From assembly GCF_964213995.1 (NCBI RefSeq), contig NW_027590155.1, positions 434,001 to 498,000 on the forward strand: 64,000 nucleotides of DNA, in the 5' to 3' direction. Of this stretch, positions 22,120 to 34,925 are shown piece by piece. Source of the DNA: Mustelus asterias. Lineage: Eukaryota. Within the stretch, counting starts at the first letter, position 1. Each line of letters starts with the position of its first letter. Both the position numbers and the translations under genes were made by a program. Under the pieces are notes generated by a model. That model did not search any database, was not told the DNA's origin, and was given only the letters and a program-made list of their open reading frames with translations.

Positions 22120-25025
22120 AAAGAACAAAGAACAAAGAACAATACAGCACAGGAACAGGCCCTTCGGCCCTCCAAGCCCGCGCCGCTCCTTGGTCCAAAC
22201 TAGACCACTCTTTTGTATCCCTCCATTCCCACTCCGTTCATATGGCTGTCTAGATAAGTCTTAAACGTTCCCAGTGTGTCCGCCTCCACCACCTTGCCTG
22301 GCAGCGCATTCCAGGCCCCCACTACTCTCTGTGTAAAATATGTCCGTCTGATATCTGTGTTAAACCTCCCTCCCTTCACCTTGAACCTATGACCCCTCGT
22401 GAACGTCACCACCGACCTGGGGAAAAGCTTCCCACCGTTCACCCTATCTATGCCTTTCATAATTTTATACACCTCTATTAAGTCTCCCCTCATCCTCCGT
22501 CTTTCCAGGGAGAACAAACCCAGTTTACCCAATCTCTCCTCAGAACTAAGCCCCTCCATACCAGGTAACATCCTGGTAAACCTCCTTTGTACTCTCTCCA
22601 AAGCCTCCACGTCCTTCTGGTAATGTGGCGACCAGAACTGGACGCAGTATTCCAGATGCGGCCGAACCAACGTTCTATACATCTGCAACATCAGACCCCA
22701 ACTTTTATACTCTATGCCCCGCCCTATAAAGGCAAGCATGCCATATGCCTTCTTCACCGCCTTCTCCACCTGTGACGTCACTTTCAAGGATCTGTGGACT
22801 TGCACACCCAGGTCCCTCTGCGTATCTACACCCTTTATGGTTCTGCCATTTATCATATAGCTCCTCCAGACATTATTTCTACCAAAATGCATCACTTCGC
22901 ATTGATCAGGATCGAACTCCATCTGCCATTTCTTTGCCCAAATTTCCAGCCTATCTATGTCCTTCTGTAGCTTCTGACAATGCTCCTCACTATCTGCAAG
23001 TCCTGCCAATTTTGTGTCGTCCGCAAACTTACTGATCACCCCAGTTACACCTTCTTCCAGATCATTTATATAAATCACAAACAGCAGAGGTCCCAATACA
23101 GAGCCCTGCGGAACACCACTAGTCACAGGCCTCCAGCCGGAAAAAGACCCTTCCACTACCACCCTGTGTCTTCTGTGACCAAGCCAGTTCTCCACCCATC
23201 TAGCCACCTCCCCCTTTATCCCATGAGATCCAACCTTTTTCACCAGCCTACCATGAGGGACTTTGTCAAATGCTTTACTAAAGTCCATATAGACGACATC
23301 CACGGCCCTTCCCTCGTCAACCATTTTGGTCACTTCTTCAAAAAACTCCACCAGGTTAGTGAGGCATGACCCCCCTCTCACAAAACCATGCTGACTATCG
23401 TTAATGAGTTTATTCCTTTCTAAATGTGCATACATCCTATCTCTAAGAATCTTCTCCAACAACTTCCCCACCACGGACGTCAAGCTCACCGGCCTATAAT
23501 TACCCGGGTTATCCTTCCTACCCTTCTTAAATAACGGGACCACATTAGCTATCCTCCAATCCTCTGGGACCTCTCCTGCGTCCAGTGACGAGACAAAGAT
23601 TTGCGTCAGAGGCCCAGCGATTTCATCTCTCGTCTCTCTGAGCAGCCTTGGATAGATTCCATCAGGCCCTGGGGATTTGTCAGTCTTTAAATTCTCTAAC
23701 AAACCTAACACTTCCTCCTTTGTAATGGAGATTTTCTCCAACGGTTCAACACTCCCCTCCGAGACACTCCCAGTCAACACATCCCTCTCCTTTGTGAATA
23801 CCGACGCAAAGTATTCATTTAGGATCTCCCCTACTTCTTTGGGCTCCAAGCATAATTCCCCACTTTTGTCCCTGAGAGGTCCGATTTTTTCCCTGACAAC
23901 CCTTTTGTTCCTAACGTATGAATAAAATGCCTTGGGATTCTCCTTAATCCTGTCTGCCAAGAACATTTCGTGACCCCTTTTTGCTCTTCTAATTCCCCGT
24001 TTGAGTTCTTTCCTACTTTCTTTGTACTCCTCCAGAGCTCCCTCCGTTTTTAGCTGCCTGGACCTACCATACGCCTCTCTTTTCTTTTTGACCAGTCCCT
24101 CAATTTCCCTGGTTATCCACGGTTCTCGAATCCTACCCTTCCTATCCTTCTTTTTAACAGGCACATGCCTGTCCTGTAGCCCTAACAACTGTTCCTTAAA
24201 AGACTCCCACATGCCAGATGTGGATTTACCCTCAAACAGCCTCTCCCAATCAAGAGCTGCCAATTTCTGCCTAATCCCACTAAAGTTAGCCTTCCCCCAA
24301 TCCAACACCTTACCCTTGGGACACCACTCATCCTTTTCCATCACTATCCTAAAGCTAACAGAATTGTGGTCACTATTTGCCACATGTTCCCCTACCGAAA
24401 CTTTGAAGACCTGACCGGGCTCATTCCCCAGTACGAGGTCTAGTATAGCCCCCTCTCTAGTCGGGCTATCTACATATTGTTCCAAAGAACCCTCCTGTAC
24501 GCATTTTACAAATTCCTCCCCATTCTGCTCTCAGCGATTTCCAGTCTATACCAGGGAAATTGAAGTCTCCCACTACAACAACCCTATTTTTCCTGCACCT
24601 ATCCAGTATCTCCTGACATATCCGTTCTTCCACTTCCCTTGGGCTGTTGGGGGGCCTGTAGTATACCCGCAACATAGTGACTGCGCCCTTCCTGTTTCTA
24701 AGCTCCACCCAGAGTGACTCGTTACACGACCCCTCTGAATTGTCGTCCCTCTGCACCGCTGTAATATGCTCTCCAACTAATACTGCTACTCCCCCACCTC
24801 TTTTGGCCCCTCCTCTGTCTCGCCTAAAACACTTGTACCCCGGAATATTCAGCTGCCAGTCCTGTCCCTCTTTCAACCAAGTTTCTGTCACCGCAACCGC
24901 ATCCAAATTCCTCGTGAGCATTAAGGCCCTCAGTTCATCTGTCTTACCTGCTACGCTCCTTGCATTTAACTATAAGCACTCCAGACCTCCAGGCCCAGTG
25001 AGGTCATCCTCCCCCAGAGGGAGGA
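22120..25025 (-). mobile_element. Young CR1 LINE with most of ORF2 (APE endonuclease + RT)
   Basis: ORF 24466-24921 (AVTETWL, YRPP, VGDFN) and ORF 22200-24485 (761 aa, ILDLV, full RT motifs), separated by one frameshifting deletion near 24500. Confidence 0.97.
22200..24485 (-). CDS. CR1 ORF2 reverse transcriptase (761 aa open segment)
   Basis: KSPGPDG, NYRPVSLTS, QHGF, DFSKAFDKV, GVPQGSVLGPLLF, FADD motifs. Confidence 0.9.
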   Translation of the reverse strand: MEQYVDSPTREGAILDLVLGNEPGQVFKVSVGEHVANSDHNSVSFRIVMEKDEWCPKGKVLDWGKANFSGIRQKLAALDWERLFEGKSTSGMWESFKEQLLGLQDRHVPVKKKDRKGRIREPWITREIEGLVKKKREAYGRSRQLKTEGALEEYKESRKELKRGIRRAKRGHEMFLADRIKENPKAFYSYVRNKRVVREKIGPLRDKSGELCLEPKEVGEILNEYFASVFTKERDVLTGSVSEGSVEPLEKISITKEEVLGLLENLKTDKSPGPDGIYPRLLRETRDEIAGPLTQIFVSSLDAGEVPEDWRIANVVPLFKKGRKDNPGNYRPVSLTSVVGKLLEKILRDRMYAHLERNKLINDSQHGFVRGGSCLTNLVEFFEEVTKMVDEGRAVDVVYMDFSKAFDKVPHGRLVKKVGSHGIKGEVARWVENWLGHRRHRVVVEGSFSGWRPVTSGVPQGSVLGPLLFVIYINDLEEGVTGVISKFADDTKLAGLADSEEHCQKLQKDIDRLEIWAKKWQMEFDPDQCEVMHFGRNNVWRSYMINGRTIKGVDTQRDLGVQVHRSLKVTSQVEKAVKKAYGMLAFIGRGIEYKSWGLMLQMYRTLVRPHLEYCVQFWSPHYQKDVEALERVQRRFTRMLPGMEGLSSEERLGKLGLFSLERRRMRGDLIEVYKIMKGIDRVNGGKLFPRSVVTFTRGHRFKVKGGRFNTDIRRTYFTQRVVGAWNALPGKVVEADTLGTFKTYLDSHMNGVGMEGYKRVV

Positions 25026-25530
25026 GCAATTCTATGATATTGAATTTCAGAGGTATACAATTCATAATGAAGACATATGTGTTAAATAATGCATTCAGAC
25101 TAAATACTGAAACAAATACTGAGTACAATTGTACAATGAACTTTGTTAAAGTGTCACCTGGATTCGAACATCAGTTCATTTCTCTCCTTACAGGTGCTGT
25201 CAGACGTTTTGAGATTTACCAGCATTTTTTCGTTTGGTTTCCGATTCCAGTATCTGCAGGAATTTGCTTTTATCGCTGAGTAAAATTGGTTGAGATTAGT
25301 CGAAGGAAGATGAGAATGATGCATTAATGAATGGCCAGAAATCATTGTTCCCTTAGATATTTGCCAGAAGAACGCTTTTAACTTTTGAAGTTCAAGATAA
25401 TTTGAGCAATCAGATTGAAAGCAACGGTTATCTTCCTGAATTAAGTGACATGTGCTCTCAGTCTAACCATTGGAACCTGCAGCAGTTGAACATTGCGGAC
25501 AGGCCGATTTGCTGCAGCTTGCGTCCAGCT

Positions 25531-25603
25531 GTTTCTGTAGTGCAGTGGTTATTATGTTCGTCCGACACGCGGAAGGATCCTGGTTCCAAACGAAGCAGAA
25601 ACA
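25531..25603 (+). pseudogene. tRNA-Val pseudogene, array unit E (anticodon reads GAC)
   Basis: GTTTCTGTAGTGCAGTGGTTATTATGTTCGTCCGACACGCGGAAGGATCCTGGTTCCAAACGAAGCAGAAACA. Confidence 0.75.
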
Positions 25604-26777
25604 TTCATTAAGATTTCTCATGTCGGGTGAAGGAAAATTGCATGAATTCAGTTCGTTCCTCAACATTATCTGAACCTCGATATTACAGGCATATTATCGT
25701 TGCTCTGACATCGGCCTCCAATGTTTTCTGTAAAATAAGAAATGCTGATTTTTTTTTTGATGCCTGACAGGAAAGAAACGTTTCGATTTTGACACCGAGC
25801 ACATATTCGCATCTCGTTCAGTCTCCAACAGAATTTAATGGGTATATGGGTGCAGACTGACATGGCTAATCACCGTCTGAAATATATCTAATAGTAGTGT
25901 GTGCTCCAGAAGACTGACACAAGTGATATTGTAAGTGATCTATCGGAAATGGCGTTCATTTCCCAGAAGATTCCATTTTAAAATCGTTGTTCACAACAAA
26001 GAAATTAAAAAAAAAACACTCAGACAGATGAGGGAATCGGGACTCAGTGCAGATCTTCTGGACTTTCCTATAAATGGCCGGAATTTATGCGCCTCAATAA
26101 TTCACGCCCACAATAAAAAAGGCTCAAGTGTCACGAACAGTTAATTCTTGAATCACTTCCATTTAAACGGAGTTGACTTTGTTTAAAAGCTGGCGATAGT
26201 CAATCTCAAAATTGCGATCTGTATTACCCGGTGATTCGATTCGTTCTGTTGGTCAGTTATGTTTGCAATTCTGTGATATTCAATTCCAGAGATATTCAAT
26301 TCATAATGAAGACATATGTGTTAAATAATGCATTGGTACTAAATATTGAAACAAATACTGAGTGCAATTGCTCAATTAGCTTTGACACAGTGCCATCTGG
26401 ACTCGAATCGTCAGCCCTTCTCTCTCCTTACAGATGCTGAGATATTGCGAGATTTTCCAGCATTTTCTCTTTTGGTTTCCGATTCCAGCATTCGCAGTAA
26501 TTGCTTTTATTAATGAGTGCAGATGTTTGAGATTATTCGAAGGAAGATGAGAATGATGCATTAATGAATGGGCAGAAATCATTGCTCCCTTAGATATTTG
26601 CCAGACGAAAGCTTTTAAATTTTGATGTTCAAGATAAGTTGTGAAATCAAGTTGAAAGTACCGGTTCTCTTCTTGAATTCAGTGACATGGGCTCTCAGTC
26701 TAACCATTGGAACCTGCAGCTGCGCAGCGCAGTTGGACATTACAGACAGGCCGATTAGCTAAAATATGCGGTCAGCT

Positions 26778-26850
26778 GTTCATGTAATGTCGTGGTTATC
26801 ACGTTCGCCGCACACTCGAAAGATTCCCGTATCAAAACCCGGCAGAAACA
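26778..26850 (+). pseudogene. tRNA-Val(CAC) pseudogene, array unit F
   Basis: GTTCATGTAATGTCGTGGTTATCACGTTCGCCGCACACTCGAAAGATTCCCGTATCAAAACCCGGCAGAAACA. Confidence 0.75.
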
Positions 26851-26902
26851 CTTTGGGACCTTTCTTATTAATGGCGTGCGAAGCCTGTATGGTTTAACAT
26901 CC

Positions 26903-27195
26903 TAGAATCACATACCAAAGAATGGGGCCATTCGGCCCATCGAAGCTGCACCGAACACAATCCCATCCAGGCCCTATCCCCATAACCCCATGTATTTACC
27001 TGGCTCGTCCCCCTGACACTAAGGGGCAATTTTGCATGGCCAACCCGCCTCTCCCGCACATCTCTGGACTGTGGGAGGAAGCCAGAGGACCCGGGAAGAA
27101 CGTGCAAACTCAACACAGACAGTGACCCAAGCCAGGAATCGAACCCAGGTCTCTGTGAGACCGCAGTGCTAACCAATGTGCCACTGTGCCGCCCC
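26903..27195 (-). mobile_element. HE1/V-SINE
   Basis: Head, V-domain and tail in reverse orientation. Confidence 0.85.
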
Positions 27196-28029
27196 CCACT
27201 GTCCAACCATCATTGCTCAACATTATGTGAATCTCGATGTTACATCAACTCAAATGCTTTTCGGACAATCGTATCTTACAGTCACTCAATTGCCGTGAGG
27301 AAAATCAGAATTGCTGTGTTTTAGGATGCAATGGCAGGAAATAAATGTTTGTCTTGTTATATTCGCAACCCGTTCAGTTCACAATAAAATTCAATGCGTT
27401 TACAGGTGAAGACTAAGAGCTTTAATCACCATCTGAAACATGTCGAACAGTCGTGCATGCTCATAAGGACAGACACAAGTGAAACTGTAACTGAACTAGA
27501 GGAAATGGCACACATTGCTTCGAAGCTTATTTTTTAAATTGTCCTTCTTAATAAAGATATAGGAAATACCATTCAGGTCGATGAGGAAATGGAGAATCAG
27601 TGCGGACTTGCTGGGCCTCCTGTAGATGAAAGATATTTAAGCGCCAGAATGTTTCACACACAGAATAAAGAAAGATCAAGTATAACTAACAGATCATTCT
27701 TAAGTCTCTTCGCTTGAAAGATATTTGCTTTTGTTTGAAAGCTGACTGCGGTCAATTTCAAAAAGGTACCATGGGATGTGTATTCCCCAGTGACTCGCTT
27801 TCTTTTGTGGACCAGTCATGTTTGCAATTCAATGTTCTCTATTTCAGGGATATTCAATTCAGAATGAGGACATTTGAGTTAAATAAATGTATTGAAGTTA
27901 AAGGTTGAATCAAAAGAACCGGGAAGATGCAATGTGATTGGATGGGATTTATTTTCTTCGCCCATTTTCGTATCAACAAATTGTCACTTTCTGCAAAAGG
28001 AGACTCTGATGTTCGGTAAGTGATCAAAG

Positions 28030-28044
28030 AGCGCCCTCCCGTGG
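28030..28044 (-). promoter_or_regulatory. Second CTCF-like motif, paralogous to 13503
   Basis: agtgatcaaagagcgccctcccgtggacagtacagc versus agtgatcagagagcgccctcccgtggacagcacagc at ~13492-13527. Confidence 0.5.
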
Positions 28045-28114
28045 ACAGTACAGCAGTGGTAACAGACGCAGAACCAAGATCTGAGATATCGGCACTCAGA
28101 GAATATCCAGGACA

Positions 28115-30400
28115 GCTACAACATTGGACAAGAGGAAACATCCGCTCAACATCCACACTGTTCGCACCACTTAGGGTTTTGAAGGTTTCAGCCAATTTGC
28201 CTCTTACTCTTCTAAACTCCCGTGGATACAAACCTGACGGTACCATTCTTTCCTCATAAGATGACCCGCTCATAGCTGGTAATAGTTTAGTGAAACTCCT
28301 CTGAACGTTTTCAAACGCATTAACATCTTTCTTAAGATAAGGAGACAAGTAGTGCACACAATATTCGAGACATGCCCAATGCCCTCGCCAATGCTTAATT
28401 TTCCGATCTATATTTGTGGCGTCAGCAGACTTAGCATTTATATCTTCACTCTCTTCATCACTGCAGAAATCATCCCACTTATATGTTTCTTGACAAATTC
28501 AGCCAGAATGCATTTGTTCAGGTCAAATCGTGTATAATTAACTTGCTTGAGTTTTATGCTGAGTAACAGAGATGGTTTGTGAGGGTATTTCTCTTATTGG
28601 GCGTCCAAAAGTCATGTGATACGGTGCTGCACCACAGCTTGTGAGTAAATATGGAGCTCACAGAATAAAATGGACAGGAGTAACATGGATAGGAAATTGG
28701 CTGAGTGCCAGGAAACAACTCGTCGCTGTTTTTCGGACTTGAGCAAAGCTTGTAGTGAAGTTGCCAGGAATAGTTGACCTTCCTGGCATAGTAATGACCG
28801 AGAGCTTGGTATGGAAGTCAGACTTTCAAGACCTGTGAATGATACAGAACTTGGAAACATTGCCAACCATCAGTAGATCATGCAGAACTTTAGAACGAAA
28901 AAGAACCTAATTGGTGCAATGGGCGTGCAATTAGGAGGTTTAGTTTATTGCAGAGTAAAGTTACATGCTTAGCTTTGTTGTGCAAAATGTGAAGAGACAA
29001 ATGGAAATGATGAAAACGCTATGAAAGTGGGTGTCGACGCCGAGGGAACTGAGAGAATATGTGAATAAATCATTCATGGTGGAAGACAGTTGAGACTGCA
29101 GTAAATAAAATAGTTAACAATCTTTGTCTATTGGGGAATAGAATACAGAAGCAAGGAAATTAGGCCATATCTGTCGAAAGCAATGGAAAATAGTCAACAG
29201 AAATATTGCGTCCAATTCGGGGCACCAAACTTAAGGAGGAATGTAAAGCCAACAGGATGGCTACAGAGGAAAAACACGAGAATAGTTCCAGAGTTCAGAA
29301 ACTTCAATTACAAGAATATATTGGAGAGGTTAGGACTGTTTTCCTTGACAGGGAGTTACTGATGTGATCTTAGCATGGGTTCGTGAAGGGCAGGTCATGT
29401 TTCACTAATTTGGTGGAATTCTTTGAGAACGTTACATGTGCAGTGACAATGGGGAACCTGTGGATGTGGTGTATCTGGATTTCCAGAAAGCATTTGACAA
29501 GGTGCCGCGCCAAAGACTGCTGCATAAGATAAAGGTGCACGGTGTTACGGGTAATGTATTAGCATGGATAGAGGATTGGCTAACTAACAGAAAGTTAAGA
29601 GAAGGGGTAAATGGGTGTTTTTCTGGTTGGCGATCAGTGACTAGTGGTGTGCCTCAGGGATCAGTGTTGGGACAGCAATTGTTTACGATTTAAATAGATG
29701 ATTTGGAATTGGGGACCAAGTGCACTGTGTCAAAATTCGCAGACGACACGAAGATGAGTGGCAGAGCAAAGTGTGCAGAGGATGCTGGAAGTCCACAAAG
29801 CGATATAGATAGTCTAAGTGAGTGGGCGAGGGTCTGGCAGATGGAATACAAGGAATTCCCTGCCCAGTGAAGCAGTTGAGGCTACCTCATTGAATGTTTT
29901 TAAGGCAAGGATAGATACATTTTTCAACAGTAAAGGAATGTAGGGTTATGGTGAGCGGCGCGGTTAAGTGGAGCTGAGTCCACGAAAAGATCTTATTGAA
30001 TGGCGGAGCAGGCTCAAGGGGACAGATGACCTACTCCTGCTCCTAGTTCTTATGTTCTTATTATGTTCTTATTGAGGCATTCAAAATGCAAAGTGGTCTG
30101 GAGAGAGTCGATAGAGAGGAACCGTTAACTGGGAGAAGGATCTTGTACCAGAGGGTGCGGGTCGAAGTTAATTGGCAAAAGAAGCATGGAGAAATAACGG
30201 AAAACATTTTCAGACAGTGACTGACTCAGATTTGGAATGTGCTGTTTGAGAGTCTGGTGCAGGCAGCGCCAATTGATGGTTTCAAAATGGGATTGAATTA
30301 TTGTCTGAAAATGAACAAAATGCTGGACTGTGGGGTAGAGAGTGTTATTGGATGAATTGCTCCTTTAGAGGGCAAACACATACACGATGAGTCAAATGGC
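28115..30400. mobile_element. Cluster of CR1 fragments (28115-28370 -, 28640-29350 +, 29375-30070 +, 30075-30400 +)
   Basis: RT motifs such as VDVVYLDFQKAFDKVP and GVPQGSVLG (ORF 29436-29693); ttcttatg tails. Confidence 0.8.
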
Positions 30401-31180
30401 CTTTTCCAATATCACTGGGCTAGTAATTAGGAGGGGAGGCAATTTTCTCAAGGTATATATTCAAAGACAACTACAACAGTACGTGGGATTTAGAATGCAA
30501 TTAAAATTTTGAATTTCAAGTTTGTTTCCTTAATTGCTGCTATTACAAAAAAACACGTCAGATTCGCTAATGCCCGCTGGAAAAGGAAACCTTCCATCCT
30601 TCCCCAGCTTGGCCCATACGTAACTCCAGGCCTCCAAGTGGTTGGCACTAACTGCCTGCTGTCATGTTTTAGAAAACCAATAAATTCAGAGTATTAGCGA
30701 TTACCTCCAATTGCTGGCCTCTCCAGCTGGGTTTACAGACAATGAAAAAATAAGAAACAGCAACTAAAATCAGCATTTCACAACATCTGCAATAGCAAAG
30801 GTTGTCCAGGAGATGGCAGTGAAACCGTGATTTTTGGCATGACACAAAACTGAGGTTGTCTCAATTATTGCTGCCATGGACTCAGGCTTTGCCCATCGTA
30901 AACTAGAGCCAGTTTATATGACAAGAAATCCTATTTCTGATAATATGACAATAATTCTGAGTTGATTCCGTACTCATCAAAATCCCAGTTGTTATTATAC
31001 TGATCAAAGCCTGAGTTGATATTGCACCGTGCATTCTGGCAGTTACGGCAGCACGGAATTAATTCTCGGCTAATGTCATGATTCTCCATGTCTCTGTTGT
31101 TACGTCACTTGACCCTCTGTCTTCTGATACTGCACCAGAACACGTTACTGTTTTTATGACACGAGGCTCGGTCTGTTATT

Positions 31181-31506
31181 GCACGGTAGCACAGTGGTTA
31201 GCACTGCTGCTTCACAGCTCCAGGGACTTGGGTTCGATTCCCGGCTTGGGTCACTGTCTGTGTGGAGTTTGCACATTCTCCTCGTGTCCGCGTGGGTTTT
31301 CTCCGGGTGCTCCGGTTTCCTCCCACAGTTCAAGCTGTGCGGGTTAGGTTCATTGGCCATGCTAAAATTTCCCCTTTGGCGTCCTGGGATGTGGGGATTA
31401 GCGGGTAAAATATGTCGGGATATGGGGGTAGGGCCTGGGTGGGATTGTGGTCGGTGCAGACTCGATGGGCCGAATGGCCTCTTTCTGTACTGTAGGATTT
31501 CTATGA
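31181..31506 (+). mobile_element. HE1/V-SINE, full length
   Basis: gcacggtagcacagtggttagcactgctgc...ctgtaggatttctatgat. Confidence 0.92.
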
Positions 31507-31589
31507 TTGCTGGAACCTGCCACGTGTATAACAAACATCGACAATATCTCAATCACTCCTGCACCAGTCTACCTCCATGTTTATAGCGA

Positions 31590-32190
31590 ACAGCATCCTG
31601 TCTCTGTAATTATTGTTTTATTACACGTTTCATTTATTGATGCACTTGCCGCGTCAAAGTTTATATCAATCTAAGGCCTTGGTCTGAAATTACTGTGTCA
31701 GGCTTTGTCTCATTTTATATTATACAATGCCCAGAATCAGACAAAATTATTCTCGGCCCGGTGTCAGTTTTATTACGTTTGATGTTCTCTCCTTTATTAT
31801 GCGCTAAACCATACCGCTGTTCATTTTGCACATCATCCTCTCTCAATTATTGCTTTACTCTGCATTGCCTCACTTTTTATTCCACTGGGCTACATCTCTG
31901 TTTATATCACACTAGATCATGTCCCTATATTTTGATAGCACTTATATGAGTTTACATTACACTAGAACCTGTCTCAGTTGAAATTATTGTGCACATTGTC
32001 TCCGCTGATATTAGAATAAATCTTGTCTTTGTTACAGCTGCATGTCTCTGTTTATATTAGAAAGTACCACGCTAGTTACTAATACACTAGACATTCAAGA
32101 ATTATTGAACTGAACCCAACCTCCATTCATACTAGTGCAGGTACTGTATAAATAATTGTTGCACTCGGCCCTGTCTCTGTATTACTGAAC
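31590..32190 (+). repeat. Degenerate 27-bp minisatellite block
   Basis: Recurrent tgtctctgtttatattacactaga-like units. Confidence 0.6.
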
Positions 32191-33067
32191 AAACGCCTAC
32201 CCCCAATTTTTATTTAATCATACCATGTTAGATGGATTGGCCATGTGAAATTGCCCCTTCGTGTCCAAAGATGTGTAGGTAACGTGGATGAGCCATCGTA
32301 AATGTGCAGGGCCATCGGGAATAGGGTAGAAGGAAGGGTAGAATGGCATAGGGTAGAAGGAAATTTGGGCCGAATGACCTGGATGGGATGCAGACTCGAT
32401 GGGCCAAATGACCTTTTTCTCCACAATAAGGATCATATGGCTCTATGTCTAAGAAATATCACATAATTTCCCTCCTTAAATATTTGTCTGCTTATTTATT
32501 TAAATTAATCTAGTTTCTATTAACCCCATTTGGAGAAATAAACTTTCATTTAGCAAATTCCCTTCAATTTTCCAGTGATAACCTTCAATCCATTTCCGCC
32601 TTCCGTGAGTGTATGAAAACCCTAAACAATTCATGTATTAAATTGAAGAATAGGTAATACTGTAATTATTTATTGTCAACCATTCTGTTCTGTGCTCTTG
32701 TTTACAAATGATTTCAGACTGACTATTTTCCCAGCGTTGACTTATTTGTCTTTAGAGATCAGTTGGAAAATGAATTACTCACATGTCAAATGGCGAGGAG
32801 ATTTTAAGAAAATGACCTGCTCAGTTTCTCACTGAATTTCCTGAAATAAGACTCGAATATGTTCCGTTTTGTGAAAATGATGCCGAAAATGAACCTGGAT
32901 ATATAGCCGACAGGAGATAATTATAACTTTAATTCTCAGTCCTCTTATTCCTATTGATGCAAAGGATGGAAACATCTGCTGCTCTCCAGAGAAGGAGCAA
33001 TATTTCTGTGTAACCGTTACCTTCACCAATTCCATGGTAACCAACCTAAATATTTTCTACTGTGTAT

Positions 33068-34925
33068 ACATAAGAACTTAAGAAACATAAGAAATAGGAG
33101 CAGGAGTAGGCCATCTGGCCCTTCGAGCCTGCCCCGCCATTAAACAAGATCATGGCTGATCTGAAGCGAATCAGTTCCACTTACCTGCCTGCTCCCCATA
33201 ACCCCTAATTCCCTTATCGATCAGAAAACTATCTACCCGTGATTCAAACATATTCAACGAGGAAGCCTCCACCACTTCAATGGGCAGAGAATTCCAGAGA
33301 TTCACTACCCTCTGAGAGAAGAAGTTCCCCCTCAACTCTGTTCTGAACCGGCCCCCCCTTATTTTGAGGCTGTGCCCTCTAGTTCTGGTTTCCCTTCTAA
33401 GTGGAAAGAATCTCTCCACCTCTACCCTATCCAGCCCCTTCATTATCTTATATGTCTCTATAAGATCACCCCTCATCCTTCTAAACTCCAACGAGTACAG
33501 ACCCAATCTGTTTAATCTCTCCTCATAAGCTACACCCCTCATCTCCGGTATCAACCTGGTGAACCTTCTCTGCACTCCCTCCAAGGCCAATATATCCTTT
33601 CGCAAATAAGGGGACCAAAACTGCACACAGTACTCCAGTTGCGGCCTCACCAGTGCCTTGTACAGTTGCAGCAAGACCTCCCTGCTTTTATATTCTATCC
33701 CCCTCGCGATAAAGGCCAACATTCCATTCGCCTTCTTGATCACCTGCTGCACCTGCAGACTGGGTTTTTGCGATTCGTGCACAAGGACCCCCAGGTCCCT
33801 CTGCACAGTCGCACGATGTAATTTTTCTCCATTTAAATAATATTCCAATTTACTATTATTTCTTCGAAAGTGGATAACCTCACATTTGCTAACGTTATAT
33901 TCCATCTGCCAGATCCTCACCCACTCGCTCAGCCTATCCAAATCTCTCTGCAGACTTTCCGCGTCCTCCTCGCAATTCGCTTTCCCACTCACCTTCGTGT
34001 CATCAGCAAACTTGAATACCCTACATTCAGTCCCCTCCTCCAGATCATCTATGTAAATGGTAAACAATTGAGGCCCCAGCACCGATCCCTGCGGCACGCC
34101 ACTGGTCACCAACTGCCAACCAGAAAAGCACCCATTTATCCCAACTCTCTGCTTCCTGTTGGATAGCCAATCCCCAATCCACGCCAACACCTTACCCCTA
34201 ACTCCGTGTCCCCCAATCTTCTGCAGCAACCTTTTGTGAGGCACCTTATCGAATGCCTTCTGGAAATCTAAAAACACCACATCCACCGGTTCCCCTCTGT
34301 CAACCGCACGAGTGACATCTTCATAAAAGTCCAGTAGATTCGTCAAACACGACTTTCCCTTCATGAATCCATGCTGCGTCTGCTTGATCGAACCATTCTT
34401 ATTCAGGTGTTCTGTTATTTCCTCTTTAATAATGGACTCTAGCATCTTCCCAACTACGGACGTTAAGCTAACCGGCCTGTAGTTACCCGCCTTTTGTCTA
34501 CTTCCTTTTTTAAACAGCGGCGTAACAGTAGCTGTTTTCCAGTCAGCCGGCACTACCCCAAAGTCCAGCGAATTTTGATAAATTACTACTAACGCATCTG
34601 CTATTACCTCAGCCATTTCTTTCAGTACCCTGCATTCCATCCGGGCCCGGGGACTTGTCTACCTTCAGTCCTATTAGTCTACCAAGCACCACCTCCTTAG
34701 TAACAGTAATTGTATTAAGGACCTCCCCTCCCACCAACTCTCGATCTCTAATATTCGGCAAACTATTTGTGTCTTCCACCGTGAAGACCGACACAAAGAA
34801 CTTAGTTAACGTCTCAGCCATTTCCTCGTTTTCCACTATTCAATCCCCCCTCTCATCTTCCAAGGGTCCAACATTCACTCTAGCCACTCTATTCCTTTTT
34901 GTATACTTGTAAAAGCTTTTACTAT
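33068..34925 (-). mobile_element. CR1 LINE, 5'-truncated (RT ORF 33171-34640)
   Basis: 489 aa RT with all CR1 motifs; cataagaa tail repeats. Confidence 0.96.

Larger units (their letters stand above)
16080..27930 (+). repeat. Tandem segmental array of ~1.2 kb units (about 6), each headed by a tRNA-Val remnant and interrupted by CR1/SINE insertions
   Basis: Recurring blocks (ttcgttgctgaacattatccgaa; tgtgtgctcaaaaa..cagacacaagtg; aaagctga..atggtcaa; gagaatgacgcatt); tRNA-to-tRNA spacing 1197, 1230 and 1247 nt for uninterrupted intervals; units at 16.3 and 17.5 kb are nearly identical. Confidence 0.9.

Noticed and set aside
16080-27930. Regularly spaced repeats considered as CRISPR-like or prokaryotic
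   Set aside because: Units are ~1.2 kb homologous duplications in a clearly vertebrate context; no unique spacers or cas genes
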